Assembly (NCBI GenBank): GCA_038065275.1
Contig: JBBTRH010000012.1
Span: 14,374-78,373 of the forward strand
DNA: 64,000 nt
Direction of reading: 5' to 3'
Source of the DNA: Patescibacteria group bacterium
Lineage (GTDB): Bacteria > Patescibacteriota > Patescibacteriia > SBBC01 > CAIJZX01
In this document: piece by piece, positions 17,809 to 26,545 of the stretch
How positions within the stretch are numbered: the first letter of the stretch is position 1
How the letters are laid out: every line of letters begins with the position of its first letter
Notes under the pieces: model-generated
Seen by the model: the letters and a program-made list of their open reading frames with translations, nothing else
What the model was told of the DNA's origin: nothing
The model's database searches: none
Program-made: the position numbers and the translations under genes

Positions 17809-19476
17809 TTGTTATCTCGCATGAAGCATCGTCGGTATTGGCTACTCGCCGGACTCATTCTCTCCGCCGGTTTGGCGTTCCAAATCGCCGGCGCCTGGCA
17901 GGACGGCATGACCTCGGACGAAGGCAATCACCTGGCCGCGGGCGTGGTCTACTGGCAGACCGGAAATTTTACCTGGAATCCAGCCCACCCACCGTTGGTG
18001 AAATTGATGGCGGCGGTCCCGCTTCAAATCGGCCGAATGGTGTACGTCAATACCGCCTGGAGAGCCTGGCAGATACAATATCTCCCCGGCCTCATTACTA
18101 ACCTGTTCTACGATCAGACCGGCATAGCTCGCCCGCAATTGTTGTTCTTCCTGGGCCGCCTGCCGGTTTTAGCCTTTTGGCTGTTGCTCGGAATTCTTCT
18201 GTTTTGTTGGTCACGATCAAGATGGGGTTTTGGCGCAACGTTTTTGACGTTAGGGGTTTATGTGTTCGATCCGAATTTTCTCGGCCATGGCCATCTGATC
18301 AACACCGACGTGCCGGTGACGGCCATGATTTTTGCCACCCTCTGGGCGGCCGACCGGTATTTCCGTTCTCCAAAGCTGAAACCGTTGCTCCTATTGGCTT
18401 TGTTGTTTGGTCTAACGCAGGTAACAAAATTTTCCGCGGTCATCCTCTGGCCCATCGTGTTGGCCTTGGGAGTGCTCAAGATCTGGACCAGTCGCGGTGA
18501 GTTTCGCTGGCGGCAATGGTTGATGATGGCTGGCGCACTGGTCGCGGTGACGGGCGGAATTATCTGGACGACCTACGGTTTCGAAGCCCGTCGATTGCAT
18601 GTTTCGGGCTCTAGTCCGCGGCGGATCGTCAGAATGGTCAGCGCCATGGCCATCCCCTATCCAGCCGCCAGTTACTGGCGCGGTTTATACGACGTCATCA
18701 TACATAATGAGGGCGGTCACACATCGTACCTGAACGGCCAAACAACGACCAATGGGCAATGGAACTATTTCCCGGAGGCGCTGGCCTTGAAGACGCCGCT
18801 GTTGACCTTGGTGTTGTTCGCGATTTGGATGGCGGCCGGCGGCCGCACGTTGTACGGCGCGCTCCGCCGTCGGCCGTGGCGGCGTCCGTCGTTCGATGTC
18901 TGGGTACTTGGGCTGACGCCGGTGGTGATATTTACCATCAGCATTATCAGCAACCTCAACATCGGTCTCCGCCACATTTTTCCCATTTATCCCTTCATCT
19001 TCCTGGCGATCGGGAGCCTGGCCACGCTGAGCTGGCCGATGTTCCGTCACTACGGTGCCGCGCTCATTTCCGGGCTAACCGTCATCGCTCTGATCATCGC
19101 CTGGCGAGCATGGCCCAACACTATCGGCTACTTTAACGCCTTCGCCGGCGGCACGAACGGCGGCCATCGCTACCTCCTCGATTCGAACGTCGATTGGGGC
19201 CAGGACGTTTGGCGCCTCCGCCGTTTTCTCGATCAACAACAATTTCCGCTGGTGCGGATCCAATTATTCACTTCTGTCCCAACCGGTAAAATATTTCCCG
19301 AGTCGGATCACCTCATCCGCGACGCCGACATCGCCGCTGGAGTTCAACCGTCCGGGGTGATTGTCGTCTCGACCAACATCCTTTATCGGAATGGTTCGAA
19401 ACTGTCCTGGCTGCGGTCGCGGACGTCGAAGTGGCGCATCGGCTCGTCGATTTATGTTTTTGATTTTCGATCTTAA
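17809..19476 (+). CDS. GT-C membrane glycosyltransferase, family 39/ArnT-PMT-like (lipid-carrier dependent)
   Basis: ~12 TM helices; N-terminal loop TSDEGNHLAAGVVYW resembles the DE motif of GT39/PMT enzymes. Confidence 0.6.
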   Translation: MLSRMKHRRYWLLAGLILSAGLAFQIAGAWQDGMTSDEGNHLAAGVVYWQTGNFTWNPAHPPLVKLMAAVPLQIGRMVYVNTAWRAWQIQYLPGLITNLFYDQTGIARPQLLFFLGRLPVLAFWLLLGILLFCWSRSRWGFGATFLTLGVYVFDPNFLGHGHLINTDVPVTAMIFATLWAADRYFRSPKLKPLLLLALLFGLTQVTKFSAVILWPIVLALGVLKIWTSRGEFRWRQWLMMAGALVAVTGGIIWTTYGFEARRLHVSGSSPRRIVRMVSAMAIPYPAASYWRGLYDVIIHNEGGHTSYLNGQTTTNGQWNYFPEALALKTPLLTLVLFAIWMAAGGRTLYGALRRRPWRRPSFDVWVLGLTPVVIFTISIISNLNIGLRHIFPIYPFIFLAIGSLATLSWPMFRHYGAALISGLTVIALIIAWRAWPNTIGYFNAFAGGTNGGHRYLLDSNVDWGQDVWRLRRFLDQQQFPLVRIQLFTSVPTGKIFPESDHLIRDADIAAGVQPSGVIVVSTNILYRNGSKLSWLRSRTSKWRIGSSIYVFDFRS

Positions 19477-19699
19477 ATTCTGGCCGAGGAAGAAATCAAA
19501 CATCACCCCGCACAAAACTGTGAGCGATTCTTGTTATCACTCGGCAAAGTAACGTCGTAACTGCTTTTTCAGAAAACTTTTTCTTTGACCCCTCGTCTTC
19601 GAGAATGTAAACGTAAAACATAGCGTTGAAATAATTAACGCCAAGCCTTACAACATTGGTCACGTAAAGTTGCTTCGCAACCACGTGGCGCACCAACGT

Positions 19700-19725
19700 G
19701 AATTCGCCCGCGGCGAATTTTTTCG
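19700..19725 (+). terminator. hairpin gaattcgcc..ggcgaattc followed by TTTTTT (plus-strand intrinsic terminator)
   Basis: perfect 9-bp stem followed by a T-run. Confidence 0.5.
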
Positions 19726-19726
19726 T

Positions 19727-20129
19727 TGGTGGAGATGGCGGGTCTTGCACCCGCGTGGCGACGAACTTCCCGCTGGTACTGTTCACATGCGTAGTCCGCT
19801 GTTGCGATACGTCACCACGTAGACAACGGACGAGAAACCGTGATGACGTTGTTCAGACAATACCGATTGCTAGGACTGAACGGTCTACCAATCGGTCCGA
19901 CTAAATGACACCCGCGATTCCCCAGCCGGAGTCAGGAGACGGATGCGCCGACGCGTTTAGGCGAAGGCGGGAACAAACGACGGGGTCGCGAAAGCGCGAG
20001 CTACCGCGGTCCGAAGTTTGCTGAGAAGTGTATTGGCACTTATCATGTCCGACATTTTTACGAAGTTGTCGGCGTTTCGGCATGGTACCGAGCAGGTTGT
20101 CAAACATCGTTCGACGATTGAACATCCCC
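19727..20129 (-). ncRNA. ssrA: candidate tmRNA (ssrA), ~403 nt
   Basis: 5' GGGGAUG pairs with 3' CAUCUCC; 3' end CGCGGG-UGCAAGA-CCCGCC-AUCUCC-ACCA parallels the E. coli GCGGGUUCAACUCCCGCCAGCUCCACCA; internal frame ..AVARAFATPSFVPAFA-UAA; smpB lies 2 kb away; the T-loop deviates from TTCRA. Confidence 0.45.
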
Positions 20130-20329
20130 TGAACCAGTCGCTAGGTTCACCCCGCACCTTCTCGGTGCGTGGGCTCCGGTTCAGGGCGACGCCCTGAAAA
20201 CGAATAGCGCCTGCTGTAGGGAAGGTCCAAATCTCAAAGAATGGCTGGATTATAGGGCAAAATGCCGGATTTGTCAAGCTCCAGCGCTTGCTGTATACTT
20301 CCTCGTGCTTTACCAGTAACCAGAAGACC

Positions 20330-20443
20330 ATCAGTACTAAACGATTCCGCGTCAATCATTCGACCTCGCCGACGATGACATTATGGGTCGAATGCCCCGA
20401 GCCATTCAGCCCGACAAACGGGCGAGGGGCCTCTTGTAGGTAA
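20330..20443 (+). other. upstream ORF (38 codons, ATC start) that is a diverged duplicate of the infC 5' end (..TKRFRVNH..), ending 12 nt before the infC ATT start
   Basis: 19-bp exact direct repeat ctaaacgattccgcgtcaa at 20338-20356 and 20462-20480, with the flanking ~40 bp similar. Confidence 0.45.
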
Positions 20444-20454
20444 CCACAAACCAT

Positions 20455-20967
20455 ATTTCCGCTAAACGATTCCGCGTCAACCACTTCATCCGCATCCCGC
20501 AGGTGGCAGTGATCGACGAGACCGGCAAACCCCTCGGCGTCATGGAGACCGGCCCAGCGCTCGCCCTAGCCCAGAGCAAAGGGCTTGACCTGGTTGAGGT
20601 TGCGCCGATGGCCCGGCCGCCGGTCTGCAAGATCTTAGACTTCGGATCTTTCCAGTTCCAGCAGGAGAAAAAAGAACGCAAAGCCAAGGCCCACCAGAAG
20701 AAGGTCAACCTGAAGGGTATCCGCTTGACGTTCAAAATCGGCCAGCACGACAAGGACACCCGTAAACAGCAATCCTTGAAGTTCCTCGATGACGGCCACA
20801 AAGTGATGTTAGAAATGCGCCTCCGCGGCCGGGAAAATGCCCATAAAGACCTGGCCCGTAAGCACATGGAGGATTTCGCCGCTAACCTCGGACCGAGCGT
20901 GGTCGTCGAAACCCCCCTGTCCTTTATGGGAAACCGGTTGACGATGATCGTCGGAAAGAAGAAGTGA
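20455..20967 (+). CDS. infC: translation initiation factor IF-3 with a likely ATT start codon
   Basis: N-terminus ISAKRFRVNHFIRIPQVAVIDETGKPLGVM matches the IF3 N-domain; frame opens at 20440; ATT at 20455 is the first candidate start (AUU starts are typical for infC autoregulation); track start was GTG 20503. Confidence 0.85.
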   Translation: MSAKRFRVNHFIRIPQVAVIDETGKPLGVMETGPALALAQSKGLDLVEVAPMARPPVCKILDFGSFQFQQEKKERKAKAHQKKVNLKGIRLTFKIGQHDKDTRKQQSLKFLDDGHKVMLEMRLRGRENAHKDLARKHMEDFAANLGPSVVVETPLSFMGNRLTMIVGKKK

Positions 20968-21099
20968 CCATCCAGGGGTCACCCCGAGCCTCTCGCCGAG
21001 GGGTCTAACTGAACGGAGGTCAGGTCATTCCGAGCCAGGCGGCGAGAAATCAGCTCTTGACGATTTTCCCGTACCCTAGTATCCTATCCCAGCATTATG

Positions 21100-21232
21100 C
21101 CCCGTTAGAAATGAATCTGATGGACACCGCATAACGTTACCTCAGGTTTATCACTCTAATGGCTAGTCTTCTCCAACATTTCAACCCGGGACACAGTAAG
21201 ACTTTGACTAATTTCCTTCATTTCTAACGGGG
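21100..21232 (+). promoter_or_regulatory. long-range perfect 16-bp inverted repeat (ccccgttagaaatgaa ... ttcatttctaacgggg) enclosing ~100 nt and ending 2 nt before the rpmI ATG; candidate translational operator
   Basis: arms at 21100-21115 and 21217-21232 are exact reverse complements; the 3' arm covers the rpmI ribosome-binding region. Confidence 0.55.
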
Positions 21233-21233
21233 T

Positions 21234-21437
21234 ATGGCTAAGAAACTCAAGACTCACCAAGCCACCGCTAAGCGTTTCCGAAAAACCGGCCCTAAGAGAT
21301 TCCTGAAGCGCAAAGCCGGCCAGGACCACTTCAATTCGCGCGACCGCGGGGTTAATACCATGGGCAAGCGCCGTGACGTCAGCGTCAACGCGGTTGATAC
21401 CCCGGCTATTCAGCGTCTTTTACCAAACGCCCGATAA
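21234..21437 (+). CDS. rpmI: 50S ribosomal protein L35
   Basis: MAKKLKTHQATAKRFRKTGPKRFLKRKAG resembles the L35 N-terminus. Confidence 0.9.
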   Translation: MAKKLKTHQATAKRFRKTGPKRFLKRKAGQDHFNSRDRGVNTMGKRRDVSVNAVDTPAIQRLLPNAR

Positions 21438-21449
21438 CTTTTTGATCCC

Positions 21450-21794
21450 ATGAGAGTCAAGCGCGGAGTCGCCCACGTTAAACACCGCCGTTATATTCTG
21501 AAGGCCGCTAAAGGGTACAAGTGGGGCCGGAAGAATCAAATCCGCAAAGCCAAAACGGCCATCACCCGCGCCGGCCGTCATGCCTATAAGCACCGCCGAC
21601 TGAAGAAACGAGAGTTCCGGGCGCTCTGGCAGGTCCGCATCAACGCCGCCGCCCGCTTGAACGGTTTGACCTACGGCCAGTTCATCCATAAGCTGAAAGT
21701 CGCTCAGGTGGAACTCGACCGCAAAGTACTGTCCCAGATCGCGGCCGAACATCCGAAACTCTTCGCTTCGATCGTCGCCAAGGTTAACAAATAG
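21450..21794 (+). CDS. rplT: 50S ribosomal protein L20
   Basis: MRVKRGVAHVKHRRYILKAAKGYKWGRKN...FRALWQVRINAAARLNGLTYGQFIHKLK matches L20. Confidence 0.95.
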   Translation: MRVKRGVAHVKHRRYILKAAKGYKWGRKNQIRKAKTAITRAGRHAYKHRRLKKREFRALWQVRINAAARLNGLTYGQFIHKLKVAQVELDRKVLSQIAAEHPKLFASIVAKVNK

Positions 21795-21795
21795 C

Positions 21796-21830
21796 CCCCT
21801 CCTCATCTGAGGGGGTGGTGGGAAGTTTTC
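21796..21830. terminator. bidirectional hairpin ccccctcctcatctgagggggtgg plus T-rich tail, between rplT (+) and the YfhO gene (-)
   Basis: GC-rich palindrome followed by ttttcgttactttatttt. Confidence 0.5.
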
Positions 21831-21831
21831 G

Positions 21832-23946
21832 TTACTTTATTTTCGGCACCAGCCAACCCACAATTAGAAGTAACAGTAACGAGGCGAGGCTAATGACCAG
21901 ACCGATGATCATACTTTGCGGCGCATAACGGAACGTCAGCGTGTGCGTTCCTTTGTCAACGGTGGCGCCGAGAAAGGCGTGATTGACGTTGAGTTGCGCG
22001 GCGCCGGCGTCATGGCCGTCAATCGACAGGCGCCATCCGGGATACGATTGAAGATTGGTCACGACCGCGGTTGATCCGGAGCTGGTGATGTGTAGTTGAA
22101 GTTTAGTAGCCGTGCGCTGAATGACGGCAACTGCGGTAGTCGCGTTGACATCAACCGCCGGCAGATCACCGGCTACTAATGCCGTCGTTGACGGATCAAT
22201 AGCGGATAGTTGCGACGGGTTCTGTTCGGGTATGAGTTTTTGTACGGCGTGAATTGCCGGCTGAGCATCAATTTTCTTCGCTAGCTTCCAGTCCCCGCTG
22301 GTAGTGATTGTTTCCCAACCGCTTGGCGCCGGATCCGACGTCAGCATCAGGTTCGCGCCGGCCACCGCTAACAGTTGCGGCGACGGATCTTTAACATGAA
22401 GTTGATTGCGTTGGCGAAGTTCCGCATTGGTCGACCACAGTTCGAGATACTGCTTCGGATAAACCGAATCATAACCCATCGCCACTGGAATATCATAAGG
22501 CATGAATTGATCGAGCGTACCGTTCGGCGTCCAGAGCGTCGTCCCGTCGCGCGTTTCCGCATACGCCCGGGTCAATAAATCGTTTTGCGGAAACAGTGTC
22601 GCCCGCGGCGCAAACGGCAGTATCCCCCACCACTGCCAGAGCATCGTTACGACAGTCATCCCCACCAGCGGCCACGCCCAGCGGCTCAAGCGCCGCCGGA
22701 AAAGTTCATTCGCGCCAATTCCAGTGAGCAGAGATAAAACGAAAATAAACATGAACGACGTCCGCCAGACCGGCGTGACGGTGATCCACGGCGCGATTTT
22801 ACCGACTACGTCCCACCAGCCGGGAAAAACGTATAATCCACCGATCAGGATCGCGGTCGCGGTCAGCCATCGCCACCACCATTTCCGCCAAGCTAAACAA
22901 GAGGCGGCGATAAATAATAAAGCCAACGGCCCGATGTACAGGTTGCCCTCGAGGTAATTGCCCGGCCCGCGATAATGCGCTTCGTTACCAAGCACGTTCT
23001 GGTCGACTATGGTCGCCAGCGACGCCGCTTGCTTAATGTTCGGTTTAAACAGTCGTTTCGGATTGAGCACCGTGCTCCACGTCCGGTGCGAGGGTTGGCG
23101 GTAGGCTTGGTCAAGCGCTTCCTTGACAGGCATCATCTGCACGGCGGTTAAACCTAAGCCGAGACTGAAGGCCAGCGTGAAGAGGAGCAGGCGACGCCGC
23201 CACTGATCGCATCGCCACCAGATGAGCGTCCAACCAACGGCCAACCCAAACGAAAACGCCGCGAGTTGAACATGGCCGGCGAAAATCATGACGGCGATGA
23301 GCGCGGATACCGTCGTGGTCGCCGACCAGGTCAGGCGTTCATGGAGCCGCAACACCGCCCACAACGCCCAGGGCAGGACAGCGATCACCGCGCTCATGGT
23401 CGTGACCGTCAGCCGCATCACGAACGGGGCGCTTAATGTCAGCGTCAGTCCGGCGATGATCCCGGCCGCCGGTTTCCACCCCAGCTGGCGCCCCAGAACG
23501 TATATCCCCAGGCCGCCGACAACTGATTGAAGCAACGTGACGATCGTAAAGCTCAGCCACGGCGCCAACCACCAGAACGGCAGTTTGAACAACGACCACA
23601 CGCCGGCTTGGCCGTTAGCAAAAAAAGTCGTGCCGTTAAAAATCAGATTGTTCCAGAGCGGTAAATGCCCCGACTGGATAGCCTTGGCGGCAAATAAATG
23701 ATACGGATAGGCCTGAACGATCCGGTCGCGGAAAATGCTCGACTGGGCCGGCTTATTCGGCGCTCCCCACATCAGACCGGGTATGGACCGGGTTGGCAGC
23801 GGCACATCGCCGCGGAATATTGGACCGAATAAAAAAAACGCTGCTCCCGCGATAATGAGAATCGCAATGGATAGCGGTGACCGGATTATCTTGGGTAGTG
23901 TTGCATACTTCGGCGGTTGCATGAATACAGTATACAACAATGTCAA
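21832..23946 (-). CDS. YfhO-family polytopic membrane protein (GT-C-like glycosyltransferase)
   Basis: signature HLPLWNNLIFNGTTFFANGQAGVWS resembles the YfhO LPLWNPY.FSG.P..AN.Q motif; >12 TM helices plus a C-terminal extracytoplasmic domain. Confidence 0.6.
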   Translation of the reverse strand: MTLLYTVFMQPPKYATLPKIIRSPLSIAILIIAGAAFFLFGPIFRGDVPLPTRSIPGLMWGAPNKPAQSSIFRDRIVQAYPYHLFAAKAIQSGHLPLWNNLIFNGTTFFANGQAGVWSLFKLPFWWLAPWLSFTIVTLLQSVVGGLGIYVLGRQLGWKPAAGIIAGLTLTLSAPFVMRLTVTTMSAVIAVLPWALWAVLRLHERLTWSATTTVSALIAVMIFAGHVQLAAFSFGLAVGWTLIWWRCDQWRRRLLLFTLAFSLGLGLTAVQMMPVKEALDQAYRQPSHRTWSTVLNPKRLFKPNIKQAASLATIVDQNVLGNEAHYRGPGNYLEGNLYIGPLALLFIAASCLAWRKWWWRWLTATAILIGGLYVFPGWWDVVGKIAPWITVTPVWRTSFMFIFVLSLLTGIGANELFRRRLSRWAWPLVGMTVVTMLWQWWGILPFAPRATLFPQNDLLTRAYAETRDGTTLWTPNGTLDQFMPYDIPVAMGYDSVYPKQYLELWSTNAELRQRNQLHVKDPSPQLLAVAGANLMLTSDPAPSGWETITTSGDWKLAKKIDAQPAIHAVQKLIPEQNPSQLSAIDPSTTALVAGDLPAVDVNATTAVAVIQRTATKLQLHITSSGSTAVVTNLQSYPGWRLSIDGHDAGAAQLNVNHAFLGATVDKGTHTLTFRYAPQSMIIGLVISLASLLLLLIVGWLVPKIK

Positions 23947-24034
23947 TTATCCCGCCCGGTTCAATAGGACGAATCGAATGACGGACCCAGGGGGATTTGT
24001 CCGGCAGAGCCGGATCCGGCCTGTCCCGCACACT

Positions 24035-24110
24035 GCGGACCGTACGGGAGTCGAACCCGTGGTCTCCTCCGTGACAGGGAGGCGTGTTAACCACTACACT
24101 AACGGTCCGC
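24035..24110 (-). tRNA. tRNA-Asp (anticodon GTC) with an atypical 9-bp acceptor helix (or a 2-nt bulge); no encoded CCA
   Basis: GCGGACCGT-TA-GTGT..ACAC-G-CCTCC-CTGTCAC-GGAGG-AGACC-ACGGG-TTCGACT-CCCGT-ACGGTCCGC-A; anticodon and T arms are close to E. coli tRNA-Asp. Confidence 0.7.
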
Positions 24111-24254
24111 ACTATGCGGGGCAGGCAGGGAGACGTGTTAACCGCTACACTATGAGCCCGCTCGGCGAATAAATGTTGTGACGTGCTATCCCCCGCAGAG
24201 TCGTAGCGAAGCGGAGACTTGTGCGGGGTTAACCACTGCACTTTGAGCCCATGT
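24111..24254 (-). repeat. two tandem partial copies of a tRNA 5' half (acceptor plus D-arm) immediately 5' of tRNA-Asp
   Basis: GGGCTCATAGTGTAGCGGTTAACACGTCTCCCTG and GGGCTCAAAGTGCAGTGGTTAACCCCGCA resemble GCGGACCGTTAGTGTAGTGGTTAACACGCCTCCCTG; neither folds into a complete cloverleaf. Confidence 0.5.
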
Positions 24255-24510
24255 AAAACACAAACTTGCGTCGGCGGGAGTTTATCATTGTGAGAGGATT
24301 TTGTCTACGGTAATGACCGGTCAACTGTTGGGTCAGACAACCTCAAGGTAATTTTGGCGCGCGGACGATCGGCCCACCCGCAACGGCGGGAGAGAATGAG
24401 ATACATCGTGCGCTTCGCCAACTTTTGCCGTTTCGGGTACGCCGGGATGCACTAAACCGTAAGAAAAACCGCCTCACCATCTCCCGAAGGAAACGATGAG
24501 ACGGGTGAGC

Positions 24511-24945
24511 TTACGCGATCTGAATCTCACGCAGGAACTTGACCTGGTCGCGGACTCCGGTGGTCCTGGCCGCCAAGGCGTTGAGAACCTTGTGCAGATT
24601 GTGACGGACCGGACCCACGAACGCTGATGGCAAAGAGTTGAAGCCCCCTCGCCATCCCAGGTACTGGTGCCGTAGCGCCCCGAAGTAGACGTCGATTGCG
24701 ACGTAGCACCCTGCTCTGCAGACATCCTCGTAGTTCCATCGAAACACGATTTGCGTCGGCACCGGGGCGTCGAACAGCCGCACGTCAAGAACGCGTTCAT
24801 CCTCTGGGACGTTCCACGACTTGAACATCTGCTCCAACGTCGGCAAGAGCGTCGACACGACCTGGCGGATTTCCCGCTGCTGACGGTCGAGCGCTTCAGA
24901 CGCGCGGAGTATCATCTCAACGTCGTTCATGGTGTACTCGGGCAT
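24511..24945 (-). CDS. hypothetical protein (144 aa)
   Basis: ORF only; last gene of the accessory module downstream of the 368-aa membrane protein. Confidence 0.4.
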   Translation of the reverse strand: MPEYTMNDVEMILRASEALDRQQREIRQVVSTLLPTLEQMFKSWNVPEDERVLDVRLFDAPVPTQIVFRWNYEDVCRAGCYVAIDVYFGALRHQYLGWRGGFNSLPSAFVGPVRHNLHKVLNALAARTTGVRDQVKFLREIQIA

Positions 24946-25344
24946 AGTCCTCTCCTTTGTCCTGTCTCCAGGACGACCCTCTCGGGTTATGGAGTGTGTG
25001 AAAGTGCTTCGACCGGTTTGGTCGGTGGGTTCTTATCATGTTGACGAGTTTTTGTCAATGCCCACCCTCTCCGCGTCGCACACTTCGCAAAGTTTATCCC
25101 GCACCCTTGTGGTGCGGGGCTCGTCTGCTTGCTCCCGTTCCAAAGAGTACTGGGGCGGCGTATGAAGCTCCGCCAGTCGCCGCTCAAGCGGGATCCCCCG
25201 CCTTTGGCGGGGTGACAGGAGCTGGCGATATCTATGGTTACACGGCGCGGAGCCACGTAGAAGCGGAGCACTTTACGTGGCGGAGCGGAATCCCGCATCC
25301 TTCCCGAACCTGTCCCGACCTGTCCTGAGCGAAGCCGAGGGAGC

Positions 25345-25420
25345 CGTGCAGGAGGACTGGTGTGTAGATAAAAAACACCGTCCAGCTCCATCTCCTCGAA
25401 AAGAGAAGTGGCGCTGGACG
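25345..25420 (-). terminator. intrinsic terminator (hairpin ccgtccagc..gctggacgg plus TGTTTTTTAT) followed by conserved CACACACCAG
   Basis: stem-loop plus U-run ~20 nt after the stop of the 368-aa membrane protein gene; near-identical 3' flank to the terminator at 28268-28340. Confidence 0.6.
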
Positions 25421-25437
25421 GGCTAGAGAAAGAACGG

Positions 25438-26544
25438 CTACTTACCCAGGATCCACCGGTAGGGGATCATGGGCTCATGGGACGGGTCCATGAAGTAGAG
25501 CCCGACCCACAAACCAGCGGCGATAAGGAGCACGATGACGACCGGGTGCATCCGTCGCGGCGATTTGATAAATCGCTGGCTCGGGAACATGTAGCCGGCG
25601 ACGGCGGTCGGCTGGGGTTCTGGCTTCTGGCTCTTGGTGGCGAGCTTGATCGCGTAGATCACTTCGATCCCCACGACTCCCACCATGATGACCCGCGCCC
25701 AGAAATTACCATCCATGATCGGATCGTAGAGCTCTTCACGGAAGATAGCCAGGAGAGCGATGTCGATCAGGTAGAAGACCCCGGCCCAGAGAATCCAGGT
25801 ATATTGAGTTCCCCGCTTCAGCCATGGTTCCGCCAGCGGAATCATGAAGAACAGCGGAATGACCGGCAGGGCCATGGGGATCAGCCCCGGTGTCTGGTGC
25901 AACGGTACGAGGATGACGTACAGCACCCCGACCGCGTACCAGATGCAGATCATGGCCATCCACTTCCAAAAGTTGAGCACCCAGCTGATGCTGGGCGGAA
26001 CCTGCTTGATTCCCCCAAAGACAATCTGGAAAGGATTACGCAGGTTCTCCGTCGCTGACTTGGCCGCGGCCGCATCGATTGCGCCGATGGCCGCGCCGAT
26101 GCCGATGATAACCGGAATCCAGCGCACCCACAGGTCGTGCGTGATGTAGACGACCAGGACAATCCCGGCCGTCCCCACCAAGCCGCGAACCCCTCCCCAC
26201 GGGACATAGGCCACCGTTAGAAGCGACAGCGCGGCCGCCAATACAATCAGTCCGATGGCTCGGAGGATCGCTCGTCGGAACTGTTCGTAGGCGTGGACCG
26301 ACCATCCCGTAACATCCCTGGCGATCGGACCGCCTTCAATGCCGATCCGCTCGAAGGCATGGCCGGTCAGTCCAGCCAGATGCCCGACTATCTGACGACC
26401 CTGCTCCTCGCGGAGGAAGACCGTCACGATCGTGCCGACCAGACCGAGCTTACCAAGTTGCCAGACGTCATTGAACGCCTGGCCGATAGCTTGACTGAAC
26501 GTCAGTCGATCGGCCTTCGGGTCTTTCTGCTTGTCATCGGCCAT
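25438..26544 (-). CDS. polytopic membrane protein (368 aa), paralog of 28350..29198 (shared C-terminal P..MIP..WI.GK motif)
   Basis: ~9 TM helices; C-terminus PSHEPMIPYRWILGK compared with PGKPSSMIPSSWIMGKK in the paralog; start overlaps the stop of the upstream gene. Confidence 0.5.
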   Translation of the reverse strand: MADDKQKDPKADRLTFSQAIGQAFNDVWQLGKLGLVGTIVTVFLREEQGRQIVGHLAGLTGHAFERIGIEGGPIARDVTGWSVHAYEQFRRAILRAIGLIVLAAALSLLTVAYVPWGGVRGLVGTAGIVLVVYITHDLWVRWIPVIIGIGAAIGAIDAAAAKSATENLRNPFQIVFGGIKQVPPSISWVLNFWKWMAMICIWYAVGVLYVILVPLHQTPGLIPMALPVIPLFFMIPLAEPWLKRGTQYTWILWAGVFYLIDIALLAIFREELYDPIMDGNFWARVIMVGVVGIEVIYAIKLATKSQKPEPQPTAVAGYMFPSQRFIKSPRRMHPVVIVLLIAAGLWVGLYFMDPSHEPMIPYRWILGK

Positions 26545-26545
26545 G

